DNA of 63,997 bases, counting the filler, from Octopus bimaculoides (Eukaryota): assembly GCF_001194135.2 (NCBI RefSeq). It is 9 parts of 9 records of this genome, joined end to end, with 100 filler letters (N's around TTAATTAATTAA, not from the genome) between each part and the next. Parts side by side here need not be neighbours in the genome. Positions count along the whole stretch, not along the records: positions 1 to 4,998 come from NC_068984.1; positions 5,099 to 14,218 come from NC_068991.1; 7 more parts are not named here. The stretch is one strand, 5' to 3'. The number at the start of each line of letters is the position of its first letter. Positions within the stretch are counted from its first letter, which is position 1. Position numbers and translations under genes: made by a program. This document shows positions 1-13,480 of the stretch, in pieces. The notes under the pieces are model-generated. The model was not told the origin of the DNA and made no database searches. It was given only the letters and a program-made list of their open reading frames with translations.

Positions 1-65
<65 letters not shown>

Positions 66-516
66 TATTTGTATATATGTACATACACACCTATGTCTGT
101 CTGTATGTATGCATGTATATATATATGTATGTGTGTGCATATATATGTATATGTATGTGTGTATATATGTACACACATATGCATACATTTATACACACGT
201 ACATACTTTATTCTTATTCATAGTGTGTTACTTATGGCCATTTCCAATCTATACTTGAAATCGTTCTCTGAATATATTAATGACCTTTTTTTGTCATTAC
301 CACTGATTAAGAATAACAAGCGTAGATAGTTCTTTTATTTATTTCGTTTTTATCTCTTCCTTTTTATTATTTTTTATGTTAAGTATACTATTTCATTTAA
401 CTCGTTCATTTACTATTTATTTTCTATCAGCATCTTTATTGAAAATCTTGTATTTTATTCATTGGTATTTTTACCGTGTTTACTACTGCTCAATTTCGTA
501 TATTTATTTTATTTAC

Positions 517-646
<130 letters not shown>

Positions 647-2791
647 GGTATAGTGTATTCTCAAAGGAAAATTGTCCTGCTGATGACAGTTATTAGGCCG
701 GAAACACATGGCCACGACTGTTCCTTTGTCTCCAGTCTGTCGTTTTCTTCTATGGCACATCAACTTTGAAGAGTAGCAACGGAAGATAAGATAACTGAAG
801 GAATCAACTTGCAAGCTGGGCTTCGATAGTCCAGGTAGGGTTAACATTAAGATGAACATCATTTGGGACTCTTTAATTAGGGGAAAAGGAACATCAGACG
901 ACCGACAACCATTAAAATGTAATTAATTCTAATGTTCCTGTTTCCCATTTCCTAATTATCATATGAGGCCAAGCGTTAATTAAGTGTTAATTATAGAAGT
1001 TTAACTAGCGTGTATGAAGTCAATCCCTGGCTCAGTTAAACATGATATACTCTGGATCAGGCAGAGAGAGCAAAGGACATTACAAGTTAGAGAATAACTT
1101 ATAGGGGAATATTCCTTGTGTAGACAACGAAATGATAACAAACCCTGCTGATTTAAAGGTCCGCTTCCAAATTCTACGGGTAACGGAATACTACAGGTAC
1201 CTGAACACTCATTAGCCATACGCAGATCTTATTCTGTTTTTGTAGAATATGTTCTTTGAAAGCTAGCTGTGTTCTTTGAAAGCTAGAATTATTTACGTAT
1301 AGCAAAAGCCTACATGAACATCCGTGTATTTTTCAAATGAAAATCAGTTTATGAAAGGAGATTTATTGACTTCTTAAAAGATGAAATGTAGCTTTGAGGT
1401 TTGATAATGTGGAGACATACATACGGGCAAGATTTAACTTGAGATTTCTACATGCTGACTGTGTGTTCAAAACACATACGGCTCATTGGCATGAGGGATT
1501 CTGGGACACCGGTGTTTAAACATGCTGTGTCTGGTCAGCCAGAAGTACCCGGACTTCTGAGCCGAAACAAGCCACTGGCTTTGTTGATAATTTTAGCAAA
1601 CTGTTTGCTGATCAGTATTGATGTATACTAAAATATCTATATATTTTGACTGAGCATACATACAGGTGAGATTTAACTTCGAAGAGATTTCACCGGCATT
1701 GCAGACCTTTCCTACGTTAATATTGTTTTCAACTTTTGACACAAGGCTAGTAATTTCGGGGGCAGGGTCAATTCGATTACATCGACCCCAGTGCTCTACT
1801 GGTACTTATTTTATTGACCACAAAGGGGATGAAGGACAAAGTCGACCTCGGTGGAATTTGAACTGAGAACGTAATAACGGACGAAATGCCGCTAAACATT
1901 TTTTACGGCATGCTAATGATTCTGTCAGCTCTTCACCTTACTTTTGTTCGTTAATATTATCTCTAGGGATAAAGTGGCGAGCTGGCAGAATTTTCATCAC
2001 GCCGAATGAAATGCTTAGCCTCATTTCGTCCGTCCTCACCTTCTGTGTTCAAATTCTGATGAAGCTGACTGTGCCTTTCATCCTTTCGGAGTCGATAAAA
2101 TAAGTACCAGTTATTGATGGCTCTGCAAGCAAGGAACATTAATTGTCTTTTCAACCAGTATCTAATTATGGATTGACAGTTCATTTCCTGGAAATAACTT
2201 TTACTTGTTTCAGGCGTTGGACAGCTGAAGTCTAGTTGAACAAATCGATCCCTGTACTCGTTTCTAAGGTCAGGAGCTTTTACTACCAGCCTCCTTTGCC
2301 GAACCACTAAATTGTGTGGACTTAATCAAACGATTTGGGACAACCTCAAACAAAGGGACGCACACACACACACTCACACTACTTCGAAACCCCCAGCTTC
2401 TATATCCGGATTACAAATTTACATTTATATCAATAATGTTTTGGCGCACTTGGCTTTGTCAGTAAATACTGTCAGTTTGGATCAGCTTGGATTTTCAAGA
2501 AATGAAATCACCCACTTTACAAATACAATCTGGGAGCAGAACAGTAAAAACTATGCGCAACTTATCTCAGATTTAAAATGTGACATTGCTTTTGCTATCT
2601 ACCTTCTAAAGATTGAGCTTTGTATCTTTGTTAGAAACCAACTCCTTCTTCAGAGGAAGAATTTATATGATTAGAAATAGAAGACACGCACACGCACGGA
2701 CACCTCTCCCCGACGCACGCACGCACACAGAGTCGATAAGTTGTTCATATGTCCGATAAAAAGCACATTCTCTCTACAACTCTCTCTACCT

Positions 2792-2871
<80 letters not shown>

Positions 2872-3406
2872 TATGTATATACATTTATATACATACGAGA
2901 TCCTGGCTTTAAGAGTGTCGCGAGAGGCCTGGTTGGAGGCCCAACCAGGCCTCTCGCGAGTTCTTTTATGGTGCTTAGAAAAACTGAAGGAACGCTGTGT
3001 GTGAATCTGAGAGGGGATTATGTTGGATAAAATCATAATTAAATTATTCTCCTGTATTTTCTTCTACTCAAACTCAGGAACTTTTTAGCTCTTTTCGTGT
3101 GTGTGTGTGTGTGTGTATGTGCATGTGCGTTTGCGCGCGCGTGCGCGTGTATACACAGACAAACATGCGCGTCTACCACATTTACTCACAGGGCATTGGT
3201 CGGCTCGGATCTATAATAGAAGACAATATCCTGAGTGCTACGCAGTGGGACAATCTTCTTAACCACAGAGCCATGCCTGCGTTTATGAAATTCATGATAT
3301 TAGAAGTTTATGATAGGGAAGGAAATTCGAGTGCCTGCGCCTTATAAATTTTGCATAATTATATATGCCTTATAATAAGGAAAGCATTATTTAATGGAAA
3401 ATTAAA

Positions 3407-3618
3407 GCGGTAAGCTGGCAGAATCGTTAGTACGCCGGGCGAAATGCTTAGCGGCGTTTCGTCCGTGTTTACGTTCTGAGTTCGAATTCCGCAGTGGCCG
3501 ACTTTACCTTTCATCCTTTTCGGGTTGATAAATTAAGTACCTCTGAAACACTGGGGTCGATCTAATCGACTAGACCCCTCCCACCAAATTTCAGGCTTTT
3601 GTGTCTTTAGTAGAAAGG
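3407..3618 (+). mobile_element. tRNA-head SINE family B, representative copy
   Basis: agctggcagaatcgttag...gagttcgaattcc...ctttcatccttttcgggttgataaattaagtacc. Other copies at ~1741-1937(-), 1974-2112(+), 4606-4772(-), 15467-15682(-), 26505-26706(-), 28224-28440(+), 28449-28568(-), 33897-34105(+), 41860-42270(+, two) and 51605-51756(+). Confidence 0.85.
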
Positions 3619-5251
3619 AATATTTATCGGAAGCTTATTGAGGTTAGTCTTCCCCGTGTTTCGTTCCCGTGCATTTCTCGTGTTGTAATAACTTCAAATT
3701 GATTGAAGCAATTGTGTTAAGCAGTTGAATAAAATTCAGTATATAATTGGTAAATATGAACTAATCAATGTGAAATTAAGGTAAAAACAGACACTATTTA
3801 TTCAGTCACAACGAAATGGATTGTCTAAAAACTGTGCGAAGGGAAATAACTATGGTACAAGTGTAATTCTCTCCCTTTACCACATCCAGTTTTTCCAACT
3901 GGTACGTATATTATTGTATCGTTCATAAAATCATTGTCTGCTCAAGATTGAATTTGTGCAGCAAATGAAATTGTCCCTTTTAGTAATCTAGCTTAGTTTG
4001 TTGGAAATTAAAATTTAGAGTAAATTCTGGTTGTCTTTCTTAACTTGTGATGTCTTTCATTCATTCATTCATTCATTCATTCATTCTTTCTTATTTCTTT
4101 CCCGTAGTTGATCTTAGCATCTGCATGTTTTATGTAATTGCGTTATTTCTTCAAATTATATTTCTTATAAAGGAATAACACAGCAACAATCCCTTATAAT
4201 GCGTCATTAAAAAGTATTTTTATCGGAAAATTATCACTGCTTTTGACCTACAAATTTTCACTCTATAATAATATTCTCGTGTAAATTAATGCATTTCTAT
4301 ATTATTACACGTACTAACTGGAAAAAGCACATGGAAGTGTGATGTAAATTTGCTTGAGAAGACATAATTGAATGGAAAATTCACTTTGTGTCATTATAAA
4401 AAGCATTAAAAAACAACCAAAAACAAAACAATCAAGAATTTTCTTGCCTTCCAATTTATTTCTTTTATACATTATTCTGTTATTTTTCTCTTTCTACAAC
4501 AGTCTTTATTTCCTTGTTTTATAGTATAGTTTGTCATTCCCTTTTCTCATTTTGTTCTCTCCCTCTAGTAATATATTCCATGCTTATACATTCTTTTCTA
4601 TTCTAGGCACAAGGCCCGAAAGTTTTGGGGATGGGGCCTGTCGATTAGATCGACCCCACTACACAAGGCAAAGTCGACCTCGGTGGAATTTGAACTCAGA
4701 ACGTAAAGACAGACGAAATACCTAAATACCGCGTTTCGCTCGGCGTGCTGACGTTTCTGCCAGCTCACCGCCTTTTTATGCTTATACATTATCTATTCAA
4801 TGTAATATTTATTCACGTAATATCTCTTTGCTGGACGAATCTAAAAACCTGGAGTGTGTAATCCATTGGTCAAATCCAGAAAATGCTACAATATTTAAAC
4901 ATCTTTCTGAAGAGATTTTTTGAACATGTACTCTACTTCTGAAAATTCGCAATTTTTAATGTGTAAACTTTTCCTGTCACCTTCTATCTTGTTTAGGTNN
5001 NNNNNNNNNNNNNNNNNNNNNNNNNNNNNNNNNNNNNNNNNNTTAATTAATTAANNNNNNNNNNNNNNNNNNNNNNNNNNNNNNNNNNNNNNNNNNNNCC
5101 CAACTTTCTGTCACTCTTTCTTCCTGTTTTTTTGGGTAACGCTACGATGGACTGGCATCCCATCCAGCTGGCGGGAACACATACGCCATAGAAACCGGGA
5201 AACCGGGCCCATGAGCCTGGCTAGGCTTGAAAAGGGTGCATAAATAAATAA

Positions 5252-5288
<37 letters not shown>

Positions 5289-5596
5289 TATCATCATCAT
5301 TGTCATCATCATCATTACCCTGTTTTCCATGTTGGCATGAGATGGATAGTTTGACCTGAGCTGGCAAGCCGGAAAGCTGCACCAGGTTCCAGGCTGATTT
5401 GGCTTGGTTTCCGCAGTTGGAAGTCCTTCCTAACAGTAAACTCTTTACAGTGTGTGCTGGGTGCTTTTAACGTGGCACTGGCACAAGCACTCCTATGTGA
5501 CACCAGCACGAGAGCTTTGTGTGTGACATTGGCACAGGACTCTCACAGGTCAAATCCTCACATATATATGGAAAACATCCTATATATATATATATA

Positions 5597-5955
5597 GGCG
5601 CACGAGTGGCTGTGTGGTATAAAGCTTACTTTCCAACCACATGGTTTCAGGTTCAGTCCTTGGCACTTACGGCAAGTGTCTTCTACTATAGCCTTGGGCC
5701 AACCAAAGCCTTGTGAGTGGAATTGGTAGATATGTATTTGCTATTTGTCTGTGTTTGTTCCCCACTCCAGTACTGCTTGACAACCAATATTGGTGTGTTT
5801 ATGTCCCCGTCACTTACCGGTTTGGCAAAAGGAGATTGATAGAATAAGTACTAGGCTTACAAAGAATAAGTTCTGGGGTTGATTTGTTTGACTAAAGACA
5901 ATGCTCCAACATTGCCACAGTCAAATGACTGTAACAAGTAAGAGAATAAAAGAAT
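5597..5955 (+). mobile_element. SINE family A copy
   Basis: Colinear with 58131-58530; CpG-decayed. Confidence 0.8.
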
Positions 5956-6759
5956 ATAGTTGAAATTTATAGAAATACACAAGACAAAGAGAGGTGTATG
6001 AACAACAAGCAAGTGTGTTAGTTTGACACTTGGGGAAAATAAGGAAGTCTTTTATGTTTCGAGCCTATGCTCTTCAACAGAAAGGAGCAAAAAAAAATAA
6101 ACAGAGTGACAACAAAAAAGACCCTGTAGAGTTCAGCGATCCAACATGGTGAATATATGTGTGTGTGTGTGTGTGTGTGTATGATGATTGTGCCATCTAC
6201 ACAGATGATTGCCATCTCTGTGCTTCCTTGTTGTCAATGGCATTTCTGACTTTCTGCCCATGACCTCATGGCTGACTATGTAACTGTTTCTGCTACAGAT
6301 CTGCATAGCCAACTAGTTAGATATGCAGATGTTGCTACTCCACCATTGCCATAAAATTTTCAGATGATGGAATGACAAATGAGGTCACCATCAAGAGATA
6401 TCTGTGCATCAATAGATTATAGAGATAAATAAACAGTTGAGCATTCACTGAGGACCACTCACTGAGCCACCATGATTAATACCTAGTGACAAGCCAAGGT
6501 GAGATAATCAATAATCATGACACACTGCAGGTTTCCCATAAGAGTGTCACTATCTTAGAAGGATTCTGTGACAACAGCTAGGGGTCCCTCATTCTGGCTA
6601 GTTTTACTGTGCACAGCTATTGGATGGTCATTGGCTCAACAGAGTCCATAAGCCTTTTGACAGGTTTCATTTTTTGTCCTGCAGGATGACGACACATACA
6701 TGCGTATCTACCCCTGCATACATATATATTCATGTATGTACACACAGACACAGTCACAT

Positions 6760-6795
<36 letters not shown>

Positions 6796-6862
6796 GTATA
6801 CATATCGTCATGAATATCATCATTTACATTAACATATACTGATTATTTCAGATATACATAGA

Positions 6863-7240
6863 GGTGCAGGCATGGCTGTGTGGGAAGAAGTTTGCTTCCC
6901 AACCTCATGGTTTTGGGTTCAGTCCTACTGTCTGATACCTTGAGCAAGTGTCTTTTATTATAGCCTCAGTCTGACCAAAGCCTTGTGGGTAGAATTGGTA
7001 AACAAAAATGGAAAGAATCCTGTTGTATATATACATATATACATGTGTGTGTGTGTGTGTGCTTGTTGTCTCACTGCTTGACAACCAGTGTTGCTATGTT
7101 TACACCCCCATAACTTAGCAAAACAATAAGTACCAGGTTTAAAAAGAAAAAAACTGGAGTCAATTCACTCGATTAAAATTCTTTAAGGGGGTGCCCCAGC
7201 CTGATCACAGTCTAATGACTAAATCAAGTAAAATAAGAAA
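6863..7240 (+). mobile_element. SINE family A copy
   Basis: Colinear with family A; its head is duplicated in inverted orientation at 7674-7800. Confidence 0.8.
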
Positions 7241-8704
7241 TTTGGTGATGATAGTGCTATTATAAGGTCAATTTGACCTTCTTAAGCACACCGCCTTATC
7301 TGTGGTTGCTCAGTTACATAAACAAAATGACAGAAGCCTTGTAGATTAATTGAATCACTTATCTTTCCTCTCATTCTGCTTCACTGTGCTATTTTTATTA
7401 TATTTTTTGTACTTTACTTCCTGGTCCAAGCAAGAATTCAAACTTTTAACCATTTCTTTCTCATTGCTTTGGCCACATTGAGCAACTATGACCAGGGCCA
7501 TCTTAAGGTATGGGCATACTGGTCAGTTGCTCAATGGCCCCAATAGGTGTAAGGGGCTTCCTGTAGGTCTAGGACCCAATTCTGATCTATTTATATTGTG
7601 GCTTACTGTCAATAAATACATACTTTAGGTGCATTGATTTGTCCCGATTATCATTTATGAATGCTGTTCCATTCACAAGGCTTTGGTCAGCCTGAGGCTA
7701 TAAGTAAAAGACACTTGCTCAAGGTGTCAGACAGTAGGACTGAACCCAAAACCATGTGGTTGGGAAGCAAACTTCTTACCATACAGTCATGCCTGCACCT
7801 CTATGTATATCTGAAATAATCAGTATACTTTAGGGCCCTGTAGATGGATCTACCAGGGTGGGGATCTAGAAAACTACTAAGACAGCCTTGACTATGATTT
7901 CTAATGCCTTGATATCTGTAAACTTGCTCTCTCCCCAGCTGTCACATTCTAGATGTGCCACTGGGCCAAAGAGTGAGTGAGTCAAGACAGTGTGTATGTC
8001 TGCTCATGACTACACAAGCATCTAAAACAATTAGAGAAAGCATGGTACATGTTACTAAGCCATACTTGTTTGCGCATCACAACTTGCTCTTTATATATAT
8101 ATAGTGGCAGAGATAAAGTAAACTAGTAACCAGGCAAACAGAAGCAAATTTAGTAAAGTCCCTCATTTTACGACATATCACACTGACAATGAGATTTTAA
8201 TGACATTTTAATTAAGCTCTCTTCCTACGCTGGCACAAATGAGCTGGGGGGGGGGGGCAACTGAAGATGAGGATGGTGGAAGTACAAGCAGATATAGACC
8301 TCTGCATCCATGGTATTTTGCAGTTGAAATGGGAGTGGGTATCCATTACAACCTTGACTGCAGCTGACCATTGGAAGTGGTTAGCATTCATGAGGGACAT
8401 GGTGAAAATGTTGGTCAGAGCTGGCTCAACTCACTCCAGGTGAATGCCACCACAAGCACAATTAAGTAATCAGAGCTTCAGTCCTTTCTTCTGGTAATTA
8501 CAGAAAAAAAAATATATATATATATAGTGTAAGTGTGTATGTGTGTGTGTGAGGGTGCGCACAATAGTATTTATTGAGTGTGTGGTTTGTTTCGGTCCCA
8601 TGATGTATGTAACAAGCATGGCAGTGTGGTTAAAAGTCTTGCTTTGCAACCATGCAGTTTTGGGTTCAGTCTCACTGTGTGGCACCTCGGGCAAGTATCT
8701 TCTA

Positions 8705-9182
8705 TTGGGTTGGCAACTAAGTTCCCGCTGTTTTTTAAATTTTGGAATTTATTGCGTTTTTAAATTTTGGAATTTATTGCGTTTTTAAATTTTGGAATCT
8801 ATTTTTTTAGAGAATTCTATTTTTGAATCATTTTGGAATCTATTTTGTTCTTTTTCTAGTTAATTTTAGTTAATTTTTGTTTATTTTCAGATCATTAAAA
8901 TGGAATGTCAAGTTAAGAAAAATGAGCATTTTCGACACCTCCTTCTTTTTGCTTTTAATCAAGGTTCGAAGGTCACAAAAGCTGCTCACAACTTTGTGCT
9001 GTGTATGGAGAGTGTGCCATAAATGAAAGAACCACTCGTGATTGGTATGCCAAGTTCAAAAACGGAAATTTTGACCATCCAGTTGAGTTCAATGAAGAGC
9101 AATTAAACCAACTTTTGCACAAAAATTCTCGTCAAACAACAAGGGAACTGGCAGAGAAAATGGAATGCTCCCACACTGCTAT
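8705..9182 (+). mobile_element. 5' portion of a Mos1-like mariner inserted into a SINE
   Basis: TA followed by TIR ttgggttggcaactaagtt. Frameshifted N-terminal HTH: MECQVKKNEHFRHLLLFAFNQG...VYGECAINERTTRDWYAKFKNGNFD...RQTTRELAEKMECSHTAI. Confidence 0.8.
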
Positions 9183-10899
9183 ATGGTTTATGTCCCCATA
9201 ACTTGGTAGTTTAGCAAATGCGATCAACAGAAGACATAGCAGACTTAAAAAACATAAGTACTGGGGTTGATTTGTTTGATGAAAACCCTTCAAGGTGGTG
9301 CCCCAGCATGACCGAAATAAGTAAAACATAAAAGATAACCATATGACTCTTATGTTGCTAATGCCATTTAGGAGAAGCATTAACATCACAAAATCCCCTT
9401 TATCTCTCCCACCAATAAATCTGGGATCTTGTGTCTGTGTAAGTAATCTATAATAATAATAATAATAATAATCATGCTAAATAAATACTTTGGCAATTTT
9501 ATTACTGTTCGATGCTGTTATGACATGACTGTAACCATGGTAATTAAGCATTTGTACTTGGTATAAGAGTTGTAAAAGTTTGTAAACTTAAATCACAGGT
9601 AGAGGAATAAATAAACATGAACTGTACCTAAATAGGAGAGAGAGAGAGAGAGAGATTACAGTGATCAAAAGCTAATACAAACATCGAGCTGTAACTGTTG
9701 TAGAATCTTTAATAACAGGATCTCTTTATAGTAGTTTATTGTTGGAACTTAATAGCTGAGGGCTTAGTTCGTTCCTTGTTCTTCAATTGCAAATGAAAGC
9801 ATGAGCATGCAACCAATAAGTCAATAAAGCTAATAAGAATCTAAATTTGTAGATTCCTGCTTGTAATTGTAACAAAACAAGGCATGGAGGTAAAAGAAAA
9901 AATTTTCTTGTAGTATTATTCCTTCCGTATAGTCGAGAACCAAATTAGACAATTTCCACCCCCTTCTCCCCAATAGTTGGTTGATGTTGTGACTGTTTTG
10001 CCTCAGGTCTGCTCTCATCAAACAAACTAATGATCAAAGATATTCCGGTATGACCATTTGGCTTTTTCTATATACAGGACTTTATTCTCCAATGTTTCCC
10101 CCCCCCCCAGAAAATATGGTGTGATTTTAGAAAGTTTTGGCTGTTATTTCTAGTAAGTAAAGTAACCTTTAACACAATCATAGGCAACCTGCAGCTTGTG
10201 AGACTCTCTGCATGGCATGCCAAATTTTTTTTTACTTATCTCAGTTATTAGACTGTGGTCATGATGGGGTACCATCCAGAAGAATTTTGGCTGAATGAAT
10301 CGACTTCAAAATCTCTTTTTAAAGCCTGGTACTTATTTCTGAACTTCTTCAATGTAATTTATACAGCAATTATAATAAACCTGGCTAAACACTTCCTTTT
10401 TTTACCATACAACATAACACTAAATATAATAGTAAGCATGATTCTGAAAAAAATGTCATTGTGTATTATAAGCAAGAACAATGTTCTCTCTAATTAGTAG
10501 TAGACAGTGTGTGCAAAAATCTAATGTGCTGTTACATTTTCTATTTCCTGTGACGAAAGAATGTGTGCACTGAATGTATGATAAGTATTAATATTAAATA
10601 CTACATTATTTGAGAAAACTAAGCTTTTGTAGACTCAAAAATTTCTTACATGTACATTAATTTCTTTTGTGTGCTGGTTGTGAACCATGTATTAGCATGC
10701 CACATGAACACAGGCAAGAGATAACAGTGTACAAAAGATATTTTCCCCAAGATTTCGTTATTCATAAATATCTATAATGTATGTATGTTTGTATGTGTGT
10801 ATATGTGTGCATGTATATGTGTATGTGTGTATGTATATATGTGTGTGTGCATGTATATATGTCATTACTCAATTTATTTCAAGATTTCTTGCCAATAGA

Positions 10900-11349
10900 G
10901 AAAGAACCGGTTTCTAACCTAGATCCAAAGCTCCTTCATTGGAATTTCAACATCAACAACAGAGTATTTTTGTTTATATGTATGTATGTGCAGATTTGTA
11001 TGTTTTATGCAAGTATTCTCATGCATATAGTTGCCTATCTAGACATGCTCATATATATTTAAGTGATAAACTTCTGGAAAATTTTACAGATTTTTACAGT
11101 TCCAGTGATGGATTGGATCTGTAGCCTTCGAATTAGTTTACTCCTTTCTGGTTTTGAGAATCCTAATTTCTCAAGATTGGTATTTAGGCAGTGTATTACA
11201 TATCCCATGACCCCAATAATTACAGGTATAAACCTGAACTTGTAATCTGGATAGAGTAACTGCAGATTTCTCAATAGTTCAGCATAGGTGGTCTCTTTTT
11301 CACTGATCTTCAGCTTTATGTTAACACCCACTGGGCAGCTAATTTCCAT
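10900..11349 (-). mobile_element. 3' end of an RLE-type non-LTR retrotransposon (R4/Dong-like or related)
   Basis: EISCPVGVNIKLKISEKETTYAELL...FIPVIIGVMG...LQIQSITGTVKICKIF* matches the restriction-like endonuclease C-terminus, followed by a 3' UTR. Confidence 0.75.
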
Positions 11350-11560
11350 GTATGTATGTATGCATGTGTGTGTCCCCGTCTCAACCCCTTCACATCAAAT
11401 GTCAGTTTATTTACATCTCTGTAACTTAGTGGATCAGCAAAAGTTATTGATAGAATAAGTGGCAGAGTTAAAAATCAGAACTGGAGTTTGTTTGTTCACC
11501 TAAACCTTTGGTGGTGCCCCAGCACGGCTGCAACACTTTGTCTGAAACAAATAAAAGGTA

Positions 11561-11595
<35 letters not shown>

Positions 11596-12714
11596 TGAGA
11601 GCATGTGCGTGTGTGTGTGGGCATGTATGTATATTATTGTGCTTAGGCATGGTGATACTAATAACCTGGTATTAAAACTCAATATGCATACGCTTCAGAA
11701 AGAAGTGTAAGTTTAGTACAGAGCAGAAATAAGAAATTAAATAAATGTCAAGGAAACAAGAAATTATAGAATGAACTTCATTAGCTTACAGCTGTTTCTG
11801 CAAAAAGATGCAAAGCCCTCATAGCTGAATGCATGTGTAACACCTTATAGCTTCACTGGGGCTTAAAACAAAAACAAATTTTTTTTTTCTTGGAAGTTCC
11901 AACAAAGCTAATAAGGTGATACACAAGCACTCAGCTTTGTATGCACTGATCCTATAGCAGAAACAGTTGTAAGCTACTGAACTTCATTATATAATTTCTT
12001 GTTCCCTTGATATTAATTTCTCACATATAAATTTTGAAAATTTTCTATTGGCAAGAAAAGAAATATGTTGGAACTTCCAAGAAAATAAAGATATTCCAGC
12101 TATGTTTTAGCCAAATTTTGAAAACATTTTATAACACCTACGCAGTTGATTATTTATAAGTTAAATATACGCAGGTAAGCAACTAATGATCTGCCAGTGT
12201 ACTTCATTATATAAAAGCTCCCTGTTCCCAATCATTCTCTTAAATTGAATTCTACTCAAACATCAGACTCTCAAGCGCAATTAAACATTGTATGTTCACG
12301 CTGATAATTCTGTCAGCATGCTACAATTTCACGCAGAGATTCTTTATCAGCATGCTGGAATATTCTAATGGCCAATAGCATAACGATTGCATGCAACAGG
12401 CATGGTTGATGTAGCAGCAGAGGAAATGTACCCAAGTTAATTATTAGTAATTGTATTAGTCAAGGATTTCTCAAAACTAATCTAAAACATCTTACAAAAC
12501 CACAATAGAAACTGGCCTTTGAGCTAATGAGAGAATGTCTATGTGATTGCTAAACCAGTTAGAAATAGCAACCAAATTTCCCTTACGTCCTTTGACTTAA
12601 TGAAATATTGTTTGTGAATGCCCAACTGGTTCTGGTTAGTAATAGCAACCAAATCTCCCTCAAATCACACCATGTTATATAACCACAACAGAAGCTGTCC
12701 TTTGAGCTAATGAG

Positions 12715-13480
12715 AATATTCTTTTACTATTTCACTTATTTCAGTCATTTGACTGCAGCCATGCTGGAGCACTGCCTTTAGTCNNNNNNNNNNNNNNNNN
12801 NNNNNNNNNNNNNNNNNNNNNNNNNNNNNNNNNNNNNNNNNNNNNNNNNNNNNNNNNNNNNNNNNNNNNNNNNNNNNNNNNNNNNNNNNNNNNNNNNNNN
12901 NNNNNNNNNNNNNNNNNNNNNNNNNNNNNNNNNNNNNNNNNNNNNNNNNNNNNNNNNNNNNNNNNNNNNNNNNNNNNNNNNNNNNNNNNNNNNNNNNNNN
13001 NNNNNNNNNNNNNNNNNNNNNNNNNNNNNNNNNNNNNNNNNNNNNNNNNNNNNNNNNNNNNNNNNNNNNNNNNNNNNNNNNNNNNNNNNNNNNNNNNNNN
13101 NNNNNNNNNNNNNNNNNNNNNNNNNNNNNNNNNNNNNNNNNNNNNNNNNNNNNNNNNNNNNNNNNNNNNNNNNNNNNNNNNNNNNNNNNNNNNNNNNNNN
13201 NNNNNNNNNNNNNNNNNNNNNNNNNNNNNNNNNNNNNNNNNNNNNNNATATATATATATATATATATGGTGCTTCAGCATGGCTACAGTCAAATGACTGA
13301 AACAAGTAAAAAAAAATACGACGGGCTTCTTTCAGTTTCCATCTACAAAATTCACTCACAAGGCTTTGGTTGGCCCAAGGCTATATTAGAAGACACTTGC
13401 CCAAGGTGCCACGCAGTGGGGCTGAACCTGGAACCATGTGTTTGGTAACCAAGCTACATACCACACAGCCACTCCTGTGC
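12715..13480 (-). mobile_element. SINE family A copy split by an N gap
   Basis: Tail at 12715-12783 and head at ~13318-13480; a plus-strand tail fragment lies at 13267-13315. Confidence 0.65.

Noticed and set aside
2312-2674. 120-aa plus-strand ORF
   Set aside because: It starts in a SINE remnant and (CA)n, with no recognisable motif or convincing exon boundaries.
5043-5054. TTAATTAATTAA recurring eight times, resembling a conserved motif or regularly spaced repeat
   Set aside because: Always centred in exactly 44 N on each side. It is an artificial six-frame-stop gap linker, not biology.
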